From Antedon mediterranea (lineage: Eukaryota > Animalia > Echinodermata): a DNA stretch of 64,000 bases. The stretch is taken from positions 14,588,871-14,652,870 of the forward strand of contig NC_092676.1 of assembly GCF_964355755.1 (NCBI RefSeq), read 5' to 3'. Shown here piece by piece: positions 36,801-51,800 of this stretch; positions within the stretch are counted from its first letter, which is position 1; every line of letters starts with the position of its first letter. Made by a program: the position numbers and the translations under genes. Under the pieces are notes generated by a model. That model saw only the letters and a program-made list of their open reading frames with translations, was not told the origin of the DNA and made no database searches.

Positions 36801-39800
36801 AGATGTTTTTGGATCTGCTGCCTAGCGATGATGTTGAATCGAGGTAAAGTGCGTATTACCCTACGATATTTTGGTCCAACTTTTCATTTTTAAATAAAGA
36901 ACACATTATAAATACAGGCTCCTGAAATTGAAAGATAAAAAGGGAGGAAAACTTACATTTCCAGATCTCTCCTCAATTTCTTCTACATTAGCTTCTTGAT
37001 TTTCAACTTCAACATTACCCTCTTCAACATGGGCCTAGAAAAGAACAGAATATATTGAATAACGTTAAACACAGGGAAACGTAACCAACGGAAATAACAT
37101 GGAGTTTTCAGAGGATTTCAGGACACCATTTTAATTTAAAAATTGTAATTCCGGAACGTAGCGTCGTATGAGGAAAAAATGACTAAAATGTTCCTTAAAG
37201 ATTGGCCTACATTACTGAATGATGGTTTAGATTGCATAAACAGAAAAAAGAAGACACAATTTTAGCATAGGCACACTGTCCACAACATTTCATCGCGGTG
37301 CCTATGCTTATACACTGTGTTTTATTTATCTTCAACATTACCCTCTTCAGACCAAAAAAAGACATTTCTGCCATTTCGTAAGGTAATCCACAGATTAAAA
37401 TACAAAAACATCTATCTATCTATATTATAATAGCACTAAGCCAAAATTTGTTCCTCTATTTCCTCCAAAACCGCAAGTCCTATACTAGTGCCAATTCCGG
37501 CTAGGGCACCTTTTTACTTGTTTACTTGTAATCCCTCAGTCATATGAATAGAGGGAAATTGAGGCAAAGCATATTGCTTATAAGCCCCTCGCAGGTCATA
37601 TTATACAAACAGTGTGAACTTTAATGGAAGCCTCATTTAGTCTAAACAAGTTTAAACAAATTTAAAGAACTAGCTGAAACAACATAGTCAGAAAGACCAT
37701 TCCACAAAAGTACAACTCTAAACGAAAAAGAATTTCTTCTCAAGTTTAACTTTGCTTGATGGAACTTTAATTATTTATACCTATGTCCACGGGTCCTTAA
37801 ATCGACATCTATTTAAAAAAAAAATCACTTGAGACAGACTCCATACCATTTATAATTTAAAAAACTTGAATCATGTCTATGGCGTCTATAAATTAAAGTT
37901 GGTAAATCTAATACCCTCAAACGATTCTCATTTGATAATTTACGTAACCTGGTCAGCAACCTGTATAACTAAAATTCCAACTAGGGTAAAAAATTACTTC
38001 CAGGTCCTTTTCACATTTTTCCTCAGATAATAAATAACCAGACATTTCATAAAGAAATCGTTGGGGATTTTTTCCGTAATGAATAACTTTACATTTTTGT
38101 TCATTAAATGGTAATTGCCAAATTTTGAACCATTAACTATCCTGTAAATCTTTGTATCGTCTGCAAACAAACGAATAGACGAATTTATCCAATCAGGCAA
38201 GTCGTTTATAAAAATAGAAAATAGACTAGGACCGATCACAGTTCCCTTTTTATTCCCCTTTATCCACTAGTCTATATTAGAACGTCAAATTTCTGTGAAA
38301 AATGTGTTTTTTAGACAAGTTTCTTTGCAACTACCGAACACTGAACAATCGAACACTGCATTCGGTAGTTCTCAGCCATTTTCATTCATCACAATTAGGT
38401 CACTCAGGTAATTAGCAATACGAGACAGCAGCACATGTGATCAGCGCAGCTGCTGCAGTTATAGAGTAAAGCAGCAGTGCTCCTCTAGGAAGTTTGGACG
38501 ATGGTTCTCAGATTGATACTGACTCGGGTAAAAAGGTTTTAGGACATTCTGGCTTGGATTTTTTCGGTCGGTTACCATTATTGGAATGCTTGATATTCGT
38601 AAAACTAAACCTACTCTGTTTCAGAGTGTCTTAGATCATCAATAACCTTTAAAGTATAGTGTTTATTGATTGGTAGGGCCCTTATAGGGCGGAGGTTGGG
38701 AGGCAGAGTTCATTTCAGGGAGGTGCTTATTCGAGGGATACATTTAATTTTGTTTTCCTTACAATCATTATAAGATCATGCTCGTCCATTGGACAGGTAC
38801 CTGCTAGTATTAATGGATAACTTTAAATTCCTTAATTCAATTCTTCTCAGAGACCACAGCAAAAGCAATAGGTTTCTGATGTCAAGATTTTTTTTAAACA
38901 GAGACCCTGTATAAAACGTAATATTAGTATGTTTTTGTTGGGGTTTTCGAGAACAGAGACCTTGCGCCTCGGGTCTCTGATGTCTACTCAATTTAGTTTA
39001 CTGATAGCACATTATATCAGGATACATTTTAATTTATATTCGACCTCATGGAAAATTTGTCTTGTTTTTTCTATTGAGTAGGCCTACTTCTCTTATATAT
39101 TTTCATTACCTCTAAAAAAAGGGAACCTTGTAACATCATTCAAGCACCGCTGGAAGTGGTTCTGTGGTTTTAGTTAAGATGGGTATGTAGCTATCATGAA
39201 CAACGGCCTGCCTAGTTAACACGCATAGGCTTAAGTTATGCTAGGCTTAATACACTGTATGTCTGAACAAAACCTTAATTCATACCATATAAAATCACTT
39301 CCAGAACAGAAATTAGTGGGTAGGAGCTCACCCATTATATACTGCACCGTTGTTAAAGTGTGGGATGAATGACAATGGTTTGTTGTTTATTTTATCCACC
39401 TCTACAATAGAATCAAGTTATTATTGTTACTTCATATTATATAGTTTACTGTTTTTTTATTAGTTATATTGCCCCCTGAAAAAATAATTTCTTTTAAAAT
39501 ATTTTTGTTGAATAGGCCATTTTAATGTTACATAAAAGTTAATCCCCTAAAAAAAAATCAATTTAATAAGAAAATTGTATATATGGATGTGCGGATCTCG
39601 AAATCAACAACAACACAATGTGCGATGGATTAACCCTTTCACTGCGTATACCCGGTACTACCGGGTATAAACAAACGTCGTTGAAGTGCGTATACCCGGT
39701 AATACCGGCAAAATCATTGTTTTGCCTATACCCGGTAATACCGGGTATGGGCAAAACAATGATTTAATCGTATTTGCCTATAATATATAGCACCCTCTAT

Positions 39801-42800
39801 ATTTGTTTGATGAACTTGAATATTTTTGCAAGTCATTAAAAAAAATTTCCAGCAAAAAAAACGGCCCTCTATAGCTGTATTATTGTCTTGAAAATCATGC
39901 GCCCTCTATAGTTATATTATATATAGTATAGTGTATATAATAGTATTCTATCTTGGAAAGTTGTTTTGAGTAGCGTAATGGCGGCCATTTTGAAAGTAAC
40001 CAAAATTTACCAGCCCCAATAGGGCAACATTGTGTTTATCACAACACGCAAAAAAAAAAAATTCTGAAACAATAGTTGTACTATAGTGAATTTTTGGAAA
40101 ATGTCATTATTTTCACGATTTTGCCCCAAAACTTTGATTTGTGCATAATTTTTATAAAATAATAAAAATAATTCAATTTTTTTTTATATTTTTATTTGTT
40201 ATACGTATCTTTATCAATATCCAGTTGGAAAAACGTATTCCATAAGAATTTCTTATAGAAAATATAGTTTTTATCATTGATTCGATAAAAAACACGAAAT
40301 CCAAAATACCTGTAATGATGTCACATGACGTCATCAATATGCAAATTACATTTTTGTTTATACCTAACTGTAGACTAACCCTTTGCCCATCACACACCAC
40401 AAAAATACTTACACAATTATCTCAATTAGTATTTTTTTGCAATTTATTAAAATACCATATGTTTTTCTTAAATATACATTACGCACAGAGGTGGGAATAA
40501 TGCTCCGCAGTGAAAGGGTTAATGGAAGTTCTTTGTAATTTAGCGAATTAACAAAAGAAAACCCTTTATTTTCATTTTTTTATTATATCTCATTGAATGT
40601 TGTGTGAGTATGGTATATATCATGGATACTTTGCATCAGAAGTCGTGGAGAGGGCGTGACTTTCTCTCTCCATAAATTAAAAGTATACAGTACAAATTAA
40701 CAACATTAGTGTTAAAGAATTGAGAACTTTGATACGATTGTACTAACAAAATGTTTTCCTTTTGTAGGTTTTATACAATTGTCTCCAAGCTGGAACTTTA
40801 TTATTTATTTATTTACTTAATCTCTGGCCAACTATAGGTTCATATTTTCTAAATGTTCATACTCAATCCCAACACGGTGGGGGGGGGGGGGGGATTTGGC
40901 GACTGAGGTTGAGAATTCCCTCCTAATCGCCACCTCTTCCAATAAAAACCATCATCCACCATTTGAAATTTAATACATGTACAATTAATCTCAATTGGTT
41001 GGTCCATCAAAGGCTTCCAAATTTGAACCCCTTTATAAAAACTAGTTTACATATGTATCAACACGTTTCAATTATCATGTGATACCTAAAAGGCTCAACC
41101 AGATATTTTGTCAGTTTATGTTTTTTTGTTATGCATTGACACACCATCGATAAGATTGGCCAAACTGAACGAGTTATTGTTTTTTGTTTGCAGTTTTTTT
41201 TTTTTTTTTTTTTAATGTATTGACACACTAAATTTGTATCAATTTTGGTCCATGGGTAGGGGATGAAACATGTTTGGGAGGCGGTGACTTTAAGAGGGTC
41301 TGGCATGACCTTTCCATAATTGAAAATTTAATTGTAAAAAATTATAGAAAGACAATTATTAAGAAAATTTCTGTAGATTGTTTGATATTAAACAAAAAAT
41401 ATATTGTGTCAAACCATAATGAAATTGAATAAGGAACGTGGGTGTGCCGGGTTAGAGGCTCTGACATGACATGACATGACCTTTACAAACTGGTATTTTG
41501 CCAGTTCTGACTTTATTGTATGTGATGACGTACTATATGTTTTTATATTAAGGGCAGCTGACATGACCTTTCCGATCTGATATTTTGTTAGTTTAGTTTT
41601 TTTTGTTATATTATGTATTGACACACTACAATGTTTGTACACATTTTGGTTCATGGGTGAGATGGGGTGAAATCAACCGTTTTGGAGGGATTTTCGAGAG
41701 GGTCTGGGGACTAGACCCAACTACCAGGGTCAGGCTGAAAAACTTTTTTTTTTAATGTTTTTGGTAGTATTAACAACATTAAGGGGTCAAACCTTCTGGG
41801 TGAAATGGGGTGAAAAAATATGTTACAGGCTCCAAGACTAAAAGAAGAATACAAAAAAAAAGATCCTGACAATCACAAGGGTTTTCCTTATCTAAAGTTG
41901 CGGATAACCAATTATAACCAAAAAAGAAGAACCTGACAAGAGGTTATCCACCAACTGCAGATAATCAATTAAAGTCGGGCATACAATAGGGAGTAATAAA
42001 TATAATCTCATTGAGATTGATAAAACAACAGGCCACAAATAATATACCCTACCAGGGAAGAGTGAAACTCATGCGAGCCGTCAAGGCGTGTTAATCCAAT
42101 TAAATTGCTAATTGTCCTCTATTGCTTTCTTAGTCCCACATGCGCGGCACTGCCAATTACTGAATATGCTGTCCAACCTTTTAAGGGCGCCTCATTGTTG
42201 TCTGTGGAAGCTAACTTTGCTCTCCTTTCTTTTTATCTATTTTTGACTATATTTTTACGTCTTGTTCGCGCCAAATTTTGTGGATTTCTGTTGTTCAGAT
42301 GTTTATTATCATCGAGATCATAAATGTTTCAAAGAATACACAATTAGAAGTTTATCGTAGCTATTTTATATTCATTTTTTCCATACTAAGGCTTGGGAGG
42401 CTGGGGAGGCTCCGACGACGTCATCACTGTAGCGGTCACTGACACGACGGTAAAACAGTTCTGGGCATGCGCAAAGCAATTACTTCATCTTGAGTGCACA
42501 TCCGTTGATTATGTAATTGAAGCGGTGGTGCCGCTTGTTGTAATGTTTGATGTAAGGTTCAAGAGTTTTCTATGTAATTTTATTCCTCAATATTCACCCC
42601 TGGTCATTCACCCCTGGTCATTCACCTCTGGTCATTCACCCCTGGTCATTCACCCCTGGTCATTCACCTCTCACTCTACAGTTCATAATGAGTGGTTATT
42701 GCCCGGGTGGTTATTGCCCGGGTGGTTATTGCCCGGGTGGTTATTGCCCGGGTGGTTATTGCCCGGGTGGTTATTGCCCGGGTGGTTATTGCCCGGGTGG

Positions 42801-45800
42801 TTATTGCCCGGGTGGTTATTGCCCGGGTGGTTATTGCCCGGGTGGTTATTGCCCGGGTGGTTATTGCCCGGGTGGTTATTGCCCGGGTGGTTATTTTCCT
42901 ACATTCGAAAAATAAAGCACTAAAGACATAAAGTTTCATCTTTGGGGTAATAAAAAATTACCAACCTCTAAATTATTCCTCTCGAGTCTGACCACAACAG
43001 TTACATAGCAACCTTCAGTGACAGTTGATGTGTCTTCATCATCACGCACTATGATTTAAAAAAGTATTATTGCTGTAAGATAACATGTTATTAACAGGGA
43101 AGGGTTATCTTTTTTTTAAGACATTTTAAATAACATTTGTTGGTCTAGTCTGGTTTTTAGGATTTTAATTAGTTATTTACTAATCCTACGATTGACGCGT
43201 AGACAATTATCAATACATCGTAGGCAACTAATAATACTTCGTACTACGTTCAGAGAACAATGGTCTATGATATACCTACATGTAGACTACTATTAATGTG
43301 TGTAGCAGTAATTTCTTTCTGTACCCCAATTAAGCCTCTATTCAATATCACTCACAGAAAAATATGAGTGGTAATTAATTGTTTGTTAACACTACCTTCA
43401 ATATCGTATTCAACATTTATAAAAGGCAGCTGTAAGCAAACATTCTCTACATCATTATATTCATTGTCACTCATATGGGAGAGCATTTGTCTGTAAAGAA
43501 AATACATAAAAATAAGTTATAACAAAAAATGTCTTTTATAATATAAAATATATACTACTTGAGTATTCATGGACATACAGAAGGTGAAAACTGAACATTT
43601 TGAAAACAAGATCTTTTTGCTGTATGGGAATATTTTGGAACGTTTTCTTTAATGAAATTTTACATTAAAAGGCTTCAAAATTTGATAATTAAATGTTTCT
43701 ACGCATTGCACAGGATTCCTGAAAATTAAAGAGATTTCAGGAATGTTTTTTAACTGAAGATTATTAGGATTTTGAAGTGTATTACCTATCATCAGGCTCA
43801 TCATATTTTTCGGAGCTGCAAGTTCAACAAACAAGCCGATTGTTTAACACTTTTGTGGTACAATATGAGTCATACTGTGTACCGATGAAAATTCAGTGGC
43901 AAGAGTGTAAAATTATAAGCAGACGACATAGCGGTCAGTTTGTTTAGTTACACACTCTTGCGAGAAGACTACAACGACCGGCCAGAGAGACAACCATGCC
44001 CTATAGTGGGGTCTTCCTAGATACTAATGACAGTAGTTAAGCTACTTACTAGATATGGGTGTAAGTGATTTGGCCTAGCTAGAACAGTATCTCTCTCCCT
44101 CCCTTGCCCTTGTAAATCTTTTGGCCCTAGTGGTACAACATAGGCCTTCCTAGCATTAAAATGCTGTGCAAAATGTATTGCTTTTAACACAGACATGTCA
44201 TTTAGAGTTTCGAAAATTCCACTTATACATTTAATTTGAACTGCCTATTTAAGGTTATATGTACATTATTTCTAGTCGTTGTCTATAAACGGAAAAATGC
44301 CAATGTGAAAAAATGACACATGCACATAAAACTTTTGTGTAAAATTATGATTATTTTGAATAAATAATAATAAAGCTCCTTAATAAACTGTGACCACACC
44401 TGTTTAAAACGGATTATGAAACCTAATGTGTTGTAGATATGAATTCATGCAACATTTCTGCTTATCAGGTGATACGAAAAAATGACCAGAAGTACAACAT
44501 TTGATACTTCCTACTTCCGATATTGTTTGCATAAAATTTTCCTTAGAGCGAATATAAATATGTACATTCTAAATAAGGCTTTGAAAAAATCAACTCTCTA
44601 CATTAAAGGGCCTTTCACACCTGCTCCGGCACGGTTTCGGTCCGGCGACGGCAAATCCAATCGAACGTCAATGTTTCGTTTTTACGCGGCTACGCGCACA
44701 TCGATTGGTGCTTGGCCGCGTGGAGCGTCGTGAAAACAAAACATTGGCGTTCGATTCGCCGGACCGGAACCGTGCCGGAACAGGTGTGAAAGGCCCTTAA
44801 TGGTTTTCAAGATATAGAAATACTGTAATTTCATCCCCTTATTTGCATATTTCATGTAATTTGTACTACTAGTTTGCATACTTTCGAGGTGTGTTACAAA
44901 GAGGTCCTATGCCGACTATAGGAATGTGTATCTGAGTCAGTTGAGTCCAAAACAAAGTCTCTACAGACATTTTTTTTGCATTATGTATGCAAACATTGAT
45001 TAATAGGGTAGACGGTCAATTGTTACATTTCCGGTAACTTTTTCGTAAAATGTTTCATAATATAAATATATACATTCTGAATAAATCAGTGAAAAAATCA
45101 ACTCTCTCGAACTAGTACGGTAGTTTTTGAGATATAATAACGCTGTAATTTCAACCTAATTTGCATATTTCATGTAACTTGTACTAATAATTTGCATACT
45201 TTTGAGGTGGCAAAGTGATGCTCAAATTTTGATCTCCTCATTATATGTGACCATTTAAAAAAGAAAAATCTGTTTGCAATTTGTTTCACTTTGGGCTGTT
45301 TTTTTAGATAGATTGCCTAGCCTACAGCCATGTGGTAGCTAAACGTGTTCTCTCATTAAATGTGATGAACTATCACAAAAGGGATGAAAATCCTCCTTTT
45401 TAAATTAATCTGGTCAATGATGACATCACATCATCTGATAAGCAAAATGTTTATATGAATTTATATCTTAAACACATGGCGGTCACATTTCATTATGATG
45501 ATCTAGCAGTTTTTCTTTCAACACAAAAGTTATGGATAACCCAAAATAAGAAGATAACCAATTTTTTTACCTTCGTTCACTGTTGCTCATCTTTGCAAAA
45601 CTGGTCAAAGTTTTGATTTTCTGGAAAAAAAAACGGAATTTAAAAAATGTTTAATAAGAAAAAAAACCCATGCCCACTCAACATTATCTCGTCAATTTGA
45701 CGAGTTAGTTTATCCACACAAAAAATGTATGTACATTTTTCATACAGTAAATTTGGTGGCAGGTCAAGTAGGCCCTAAAATGTCTTGGCCAAAGTCAAGT

Positions 45801-48800
45801 CAACTCGGCCAAAAACTAATTGGACAACTCGGCCACAAATAAAGTATGGAACACAAAAATTGCTATGTCTATTTATTATTTTATTTAATATTATAATGGT
45901 TTACTATCCACGTTTTCAAAATGAAGAAATAAAAAATGATCTCATTTCCTATATGGATAAGAAGTATAGACTACCTTGTTTTGTAAAAAAAAAACATGCA
46001 GATATTTTAGTGAATAAGAAGAGTAACCATTTGGTCATGGAAAAATATTATTTTGTCCATAATTTTAAAAAGTGGAATCCCTGGTCAGCGAAAACATGTA
46101 GCAGTTGTAGGGTTTCATGTGTTTAGTTGCCTAATGCGTAATGATCAGTTTTACTGAAGAAATCTATGCTTTATTCAACCGATTAACAAATAATCTTTAT
46201 ATACCTAATAAATATCCTGATATTGGGCATGTTTATTGATCATTTTGACGAACACGAATGAACACACGCCCGTACGAACATCATCATTCTTAAGCCTGCA
46301 ACGTGTTCCTATTTTTTTATCCAAATGTGGTAATTGTAATATTATTAATAAGATAATGAATGTTTATTAATAAATTGTTTGGTATGCGCAATTTGAATGA
46401 CTTGCGCATTTTGAAATTTAATTAAATGTAACGTAATAAAAGAAAGTTGGTGAAATAATTTTTATATTTGTTGCTAAACGTATTATAGTCTAAATATTAA
46501 TATAATATATAATTATTCTGATAACATAACCATTACATCAAACTCGCATACAAATGATTATAATGAAATTAGCCTAATCACACACAGCATTAAAGGACAA
46601 CTTGACCGAGGACCATATTTTAACAATGTATTAGGGATATACATATGATTTCAGAACCATCGCGAGATTAAGGATATCGCCGCACGCACTCGCCGTACAG
46701 CCATCGCCGTAAATTGCTGTGACGTCACAGGTGCATCGCAAAATTTACGTCATGAAGACACAAAAATTTCAACTAGAACCTTGGCCTACTGTAAAAATCT
46801 CCTCTGGGAAATCCTGTTTGTGATTAGACTAATTTCACTACAAAAATGTGTATGCAAATTTGGTGTAATGGTTATGTAACCAGCCTTTCAACAATAGTAT
46901 CAGTTGACAAACAATAGAACAGCAACGCCAACAAACGGGTGAATTTAAAAAGAAATAGGTTTTAAAACCTGTAAATTAAATCAAATTATGTTTTAAAATT
47001 ACAAATTGTAACTCTTGCCTCTTGTACAAAAATGAATTTTTTTGGACAATCAGTTTTTGAGAAAATGCAATTTCAGTTTACTTGTTACTTTACGACTGCT
47101 CGCCGGCTTTTGAAAATTTATGTCGTATTCACTAGCAGGTCTAAAACTTATACTGAAAGTGGTCTAGAATTGGGACCATGGTCCGGATTGCCTCCAAAAT
47201 TTAATGAAGTGGTCCTTGACCACATATCTATTTGTATTTTGGTAAAGATCTTTTAATTACTTTTTAAGTAATCCTGCTAACAAACAGACAAATGCAATTG
47301 ATTACATTTACCTCCTTGGCGGAGGTAAATAAATGCATTACTGTGAGTGTGGGTACTGTTAGATATATAAACACGTAATATACAAATAAACTTAAACAGT
47401 TGCTTCTCAATGATTATATAAATTAATAATTACAAAAAATATAAATGTTGTAGTGGTGTATCGTTACATGTACTTTACTATTTCAATCGACTTGACAAGT
47501 GACATTTTTACCACAAAGTACTGTATGTACATTAAGTTAACAAAATGGTTAAAATATGCTACATTTAAAAATTAATATAGATCGTCAGAATGCTCGGGAA
47601 ACCCTATTTTTCTTTTCATTTTTTAAAGTCATCATATGTATGATTTATTAAGAAATTAAAAGAAATTAGATTATGTCATCATTAATTGCATATTAAATTT
47701 AAAAAAAAATTAATATCGACAATCAAACAAACTATGACATTTTCTTGGACCGAAATAACAACCTTAACATTAACCTTCTTCTTTAAAATATTCATATTGA
47801 AGTTGAAAGTATATACTTTGACAGTGCATAATTTTGATGTAATCATAGTAAAAAATTATGATTTATTGCGGTATGTAATAATCTATCTGCACCAAATGAA
47901 CTAATCAATTGACATCTTACCTTTTTATTAATACAATGAATAACAGTCTTCTCATTGAAATGAGGTAATTGGTATAATGGTGACTTCTTTTCCAAGCATG
48001 CTTGTACAATCAGTGCACACAATTTCATCATATTCTCTATAGATTCAAGTTTAGGCTCATGTTTTACTGTAAAAAACCAAGAAAAAATGAATATGACCTC
48101 TGCAAAAAAATTCCTGTTTTCAAGTCCAAAATTTAATTATTTGTATTATATTGTGGGTCATTAAACAGGAAAGCTGAATCGCTCATCACAATCAAACAAC
48201 TTCTCAAATCCCACCTTTTTAATTTTCACTTTCATCATTAATATTTTGCTCTTTAATAACATTTATTTTGATTGTTCAGCACTTAGAGGCTCCCTGAATT
48301 TTATACTATATTAAATTGAACATTATTATTAAATATTATTACTATTATTATTAAATAAAAACTGTAAATATATATATTGATAAATGTTATCATACCTCTC
48401 CCAATATGTTTGTATATTACAATTTGTCCGGCTGTGCTAACCATTTCATGAATCAACATTGGACATTTGCGCACAATGTAGTCTTTATCTGAGGAATGAA
48501 AAACATTTTTCATAAACATATGGCACCATATCTGGCAAAACCCTCTCTTTCTCGGCATTTCAAAATTCATGTAATCAACCAAAATACGTCCAAATCGACA
48601 TAAAAGTGAGATGCACTCTTTTTAAAACGTGACAAACATTTACGAAAATCTGAATTTTTTAATTCAACTGGCCATATGATTACTTCATGACATCAGATAG
48701 ACAACATTTTTATATCAATTCATATCTACAATTCAACAGCTTCCATACTAAGTTTTCATTCCGAGGAGCTATGACAGATTGAAATATACTGTATAGATGA

Positions 48801-51800
48801 AATTAAGCAAGACGTAATAAAAATTCAAATTTTTGTAACGAAAGAAGAATTGATTGAGAAAGAACATATTAAAATCTAGGGCGAAATGGGGTAAGCATAA
48901 GCGCACTGCGCTCTATTAAATGGGATTAACTAATACTAAAGAAAAAAATATCCTATTTTTAAAATTCAAGTGGCCATATAGTGATGTCAGAACATCCGTT
49001 AGATATAAATTTTACATGAATTGATATCTACAACTCATCGGCTTCCATAACAAAATTAATTAAAATGGGGTCACCAGCCATCCTGAGGAGCTATAACTAA
49101 TTAAAAATAGGTATATTTTTGCACAAATTTGCATTAAATTTGAATTAAATTTGCAAATAAATATTTGCATAAGAAACTACCATTTGCTTGTATCTGAATA
49201 CTGCAGAAATCACAAAAGATATGAAAACTTTTATTTTATAAAACCAGCGTAACAATCCGAAATAAAACCAGTTTGTAAGAATGCTGAAACACAGACCATA
49301 GAAATTTCACTAGAAAATAGAAAATTAGACTATGATCATCTAGAAAACTGATGTCTAAATAGATGAACAGTTAAATGTTAATTTATGGTGTGCTAACTAT
49401 TAAGATGAATGACACAAAAAGATGTATAAACGTATATATGTATAGGAATGTAGGTAATCCAAGGCAAAGTTGTATCCATCAGTGGCTAGTTACATGTGTA
49501 CGGTTATGTGTAATCTATATATATAAAAGGCAAAAGTTTGTCCTCTATGCACGCCGCGGTACAACCTCTGATTGGTGTGAAGTTTGCACTCAACATCAAT
49601 CTTGTACGGAGATGGTCATGGTCTATATAAAAAGTTTGTAAACCAAATATTTATTAAATTCAGACTTATTAAATATTTAAAAAATTACTTTTGAATCAAA
49701 AGGCTATGTGGAATTTCCAGAGGGTGTCATTAAAACTATAAAATCGAAAATGGCAGCATTACCGTTCAGAGAAGTGAGTCGATAGGGTAGGCATAATTTT
49801 TAATGGTCGTGAATTACTTCAGTTCATTTTCATTTGTAATAATAAACATTTATAGGATGATTTATGTAGGATATATAACTATATTGTTATATCTTTTAAA
49901 AATGTGTTTTTTTTCATTCTCAGTGTGCAAAATTGTACCCCGACTATGTCACCTGTATTGTAACAATGGGAATGTGAATTATTTGTTAAAGTAATGCGAT
50001 CATTTACTATAACCTTATTGCTACTTTTTTTTATTCTAGGCATACTCTAGCCCTGAGCATCTCTACACGAACGTAGTATTCTTCATTATTCTACTAATCC
50101 GTCGAATAATTACTAGCTTATCATTGGATCTTAATTATAATTACTGCTACCTTTTGACGCCCATCATAATTTGTTTTCTATGGATTTCTTAACTTGTAAT
50201 CAAAAAGTATGCAATGCATTTGCAATCAAAGATCATCAAAAAGAATTAAATCTACTACAGGTGGTATGAAAAACAAAAATCAATTGCAGAAAACATTTTT
50301 CTACACTCTACAATAAATGAAATTAAATGAAATGCTCAAAATAGTCTGAAATGTATGCGAAATTGATTAGAAATTAATTTGGTGTATTTCGAAAATTTTA
50401 AATGCGAGTAACCGTGTAATTTTGTGTGTAGCACGCCATTCTTATGCAAAAAGTTGCTCCATATTATGAAATACACTTTCTTTACGTTTCATTGAAAAAT
50501 ACATTTTTGTTAAGAATTTATGAGCAACCATAAAATCGCGCGTATATTACGCTGTGCAACTTTAACATCATAATAAAGTTTTCTGCACATCTACAGTTTA
50601 AAGTCATGTTCAAGATCCTGACAATAACAATAAAAAAAATAATGTTAATTAATTTATTATATTACATAGCCTATGTAAATACGTGAACGCGATTGGTTGA
50701 AACTGCATCACATGACTACTGCTGAGAGGATCGTAAATCGTATATTTCCTTGAGTACGATGATATTGACAGAGTAATTTTCGCGTGATTATCGTGTCCCT
50801 GACATTAAACATATAAAATCCAGTAAATTCTGATGATATTGACGGTGTAATTTTCATGTGGCAACACTCGCGTTTGGGATAAAATAAACAAAAGTCATCT
50901 ACTGAGAAATAGAATCTTGTAAAAACATTTTATCTATTTTTCAAGTGACCACCCTCGTCAACGACCACCGCTTGTAATGACCATCTCTTGTAAGCGATCA
51001 CTCATAATTGACCACCTCTTGATAATGACCATCTCTCGTATTAAAGCGGTCACTTCTCATAATCAACCACCTCTTTTAAGGAACTGCTTCTTATAATCGA
51101 CCACTGGTGGTAGCTTACAATGGTGATCGCTTGGTAGAGGTGGTCACTTTTTGATCAATTTATGGTTGTTGTAATTTACATGATGAAAAGTTAAGTGATG
51201 CATTTCCACAATTTAGTAAGGTGATTACTGAGAGATGCATTTGCACAATGTTAAACCAGGAAGGAATGAAATTTCTTCTCTGAATAAACTTACCAATTTC
51301 AAGTGTACTAGGTGGTAGTAGATAGCGTTTCAAGTGAGCAAGTATGAGGGTTCGGGCTTTCACACTGTAAGGCTGACAAAATGGATTCTCCTTGTTCTGC
51401 CCAACTTCATTTATGGCTCGCATGACCTGAAAAAAATATCCAATGTACTATATGTATTATGATTACACTTAAAAACATTAAACCAATGTATACAATGTTT
51501 TTTTGGTGATATATGATAATTATTGCTGTATAACATCTATTCATATTATGGACAGCAAATTGACCTCTCATCGCACTTCATTGCTTGTCAGTACCATCCA
51601 GAAAACATCTCATATACCCTATACACGCAGTTTTGCAGTGGACGAAATTAAGACAAACACAGTTAATTAGGTAAGGACAGCCCACATTTACTCAAGCATT
51701 ACATCATTGAGTAATTCATTTCTTAAGCAAAATGTTTTAGTTGTTTTACCTTTCATCTCTGGAGGGAAATTGTTTATAAACAAAACAAAGGGCAGGGCAT

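Noticed and set aside
38807-38906. Extra SEC63 exon with AG/GT boundaries
   Set aside because: It has an in-frame stop in the required phase and no SEC63 similarity.
42393-42939. ORFs of WLLPG, GGYCP, VVIAR or AITTR repeats
   Set aside because: They are translations of a 15-bp tandem repeat that is open in several frames.
43735-43806. Intronic C/D snoRNA (ATGATGA...CTGA on the minus strand)
   Set aside because: No terminal stem or recognisable rRNA guide sequence.
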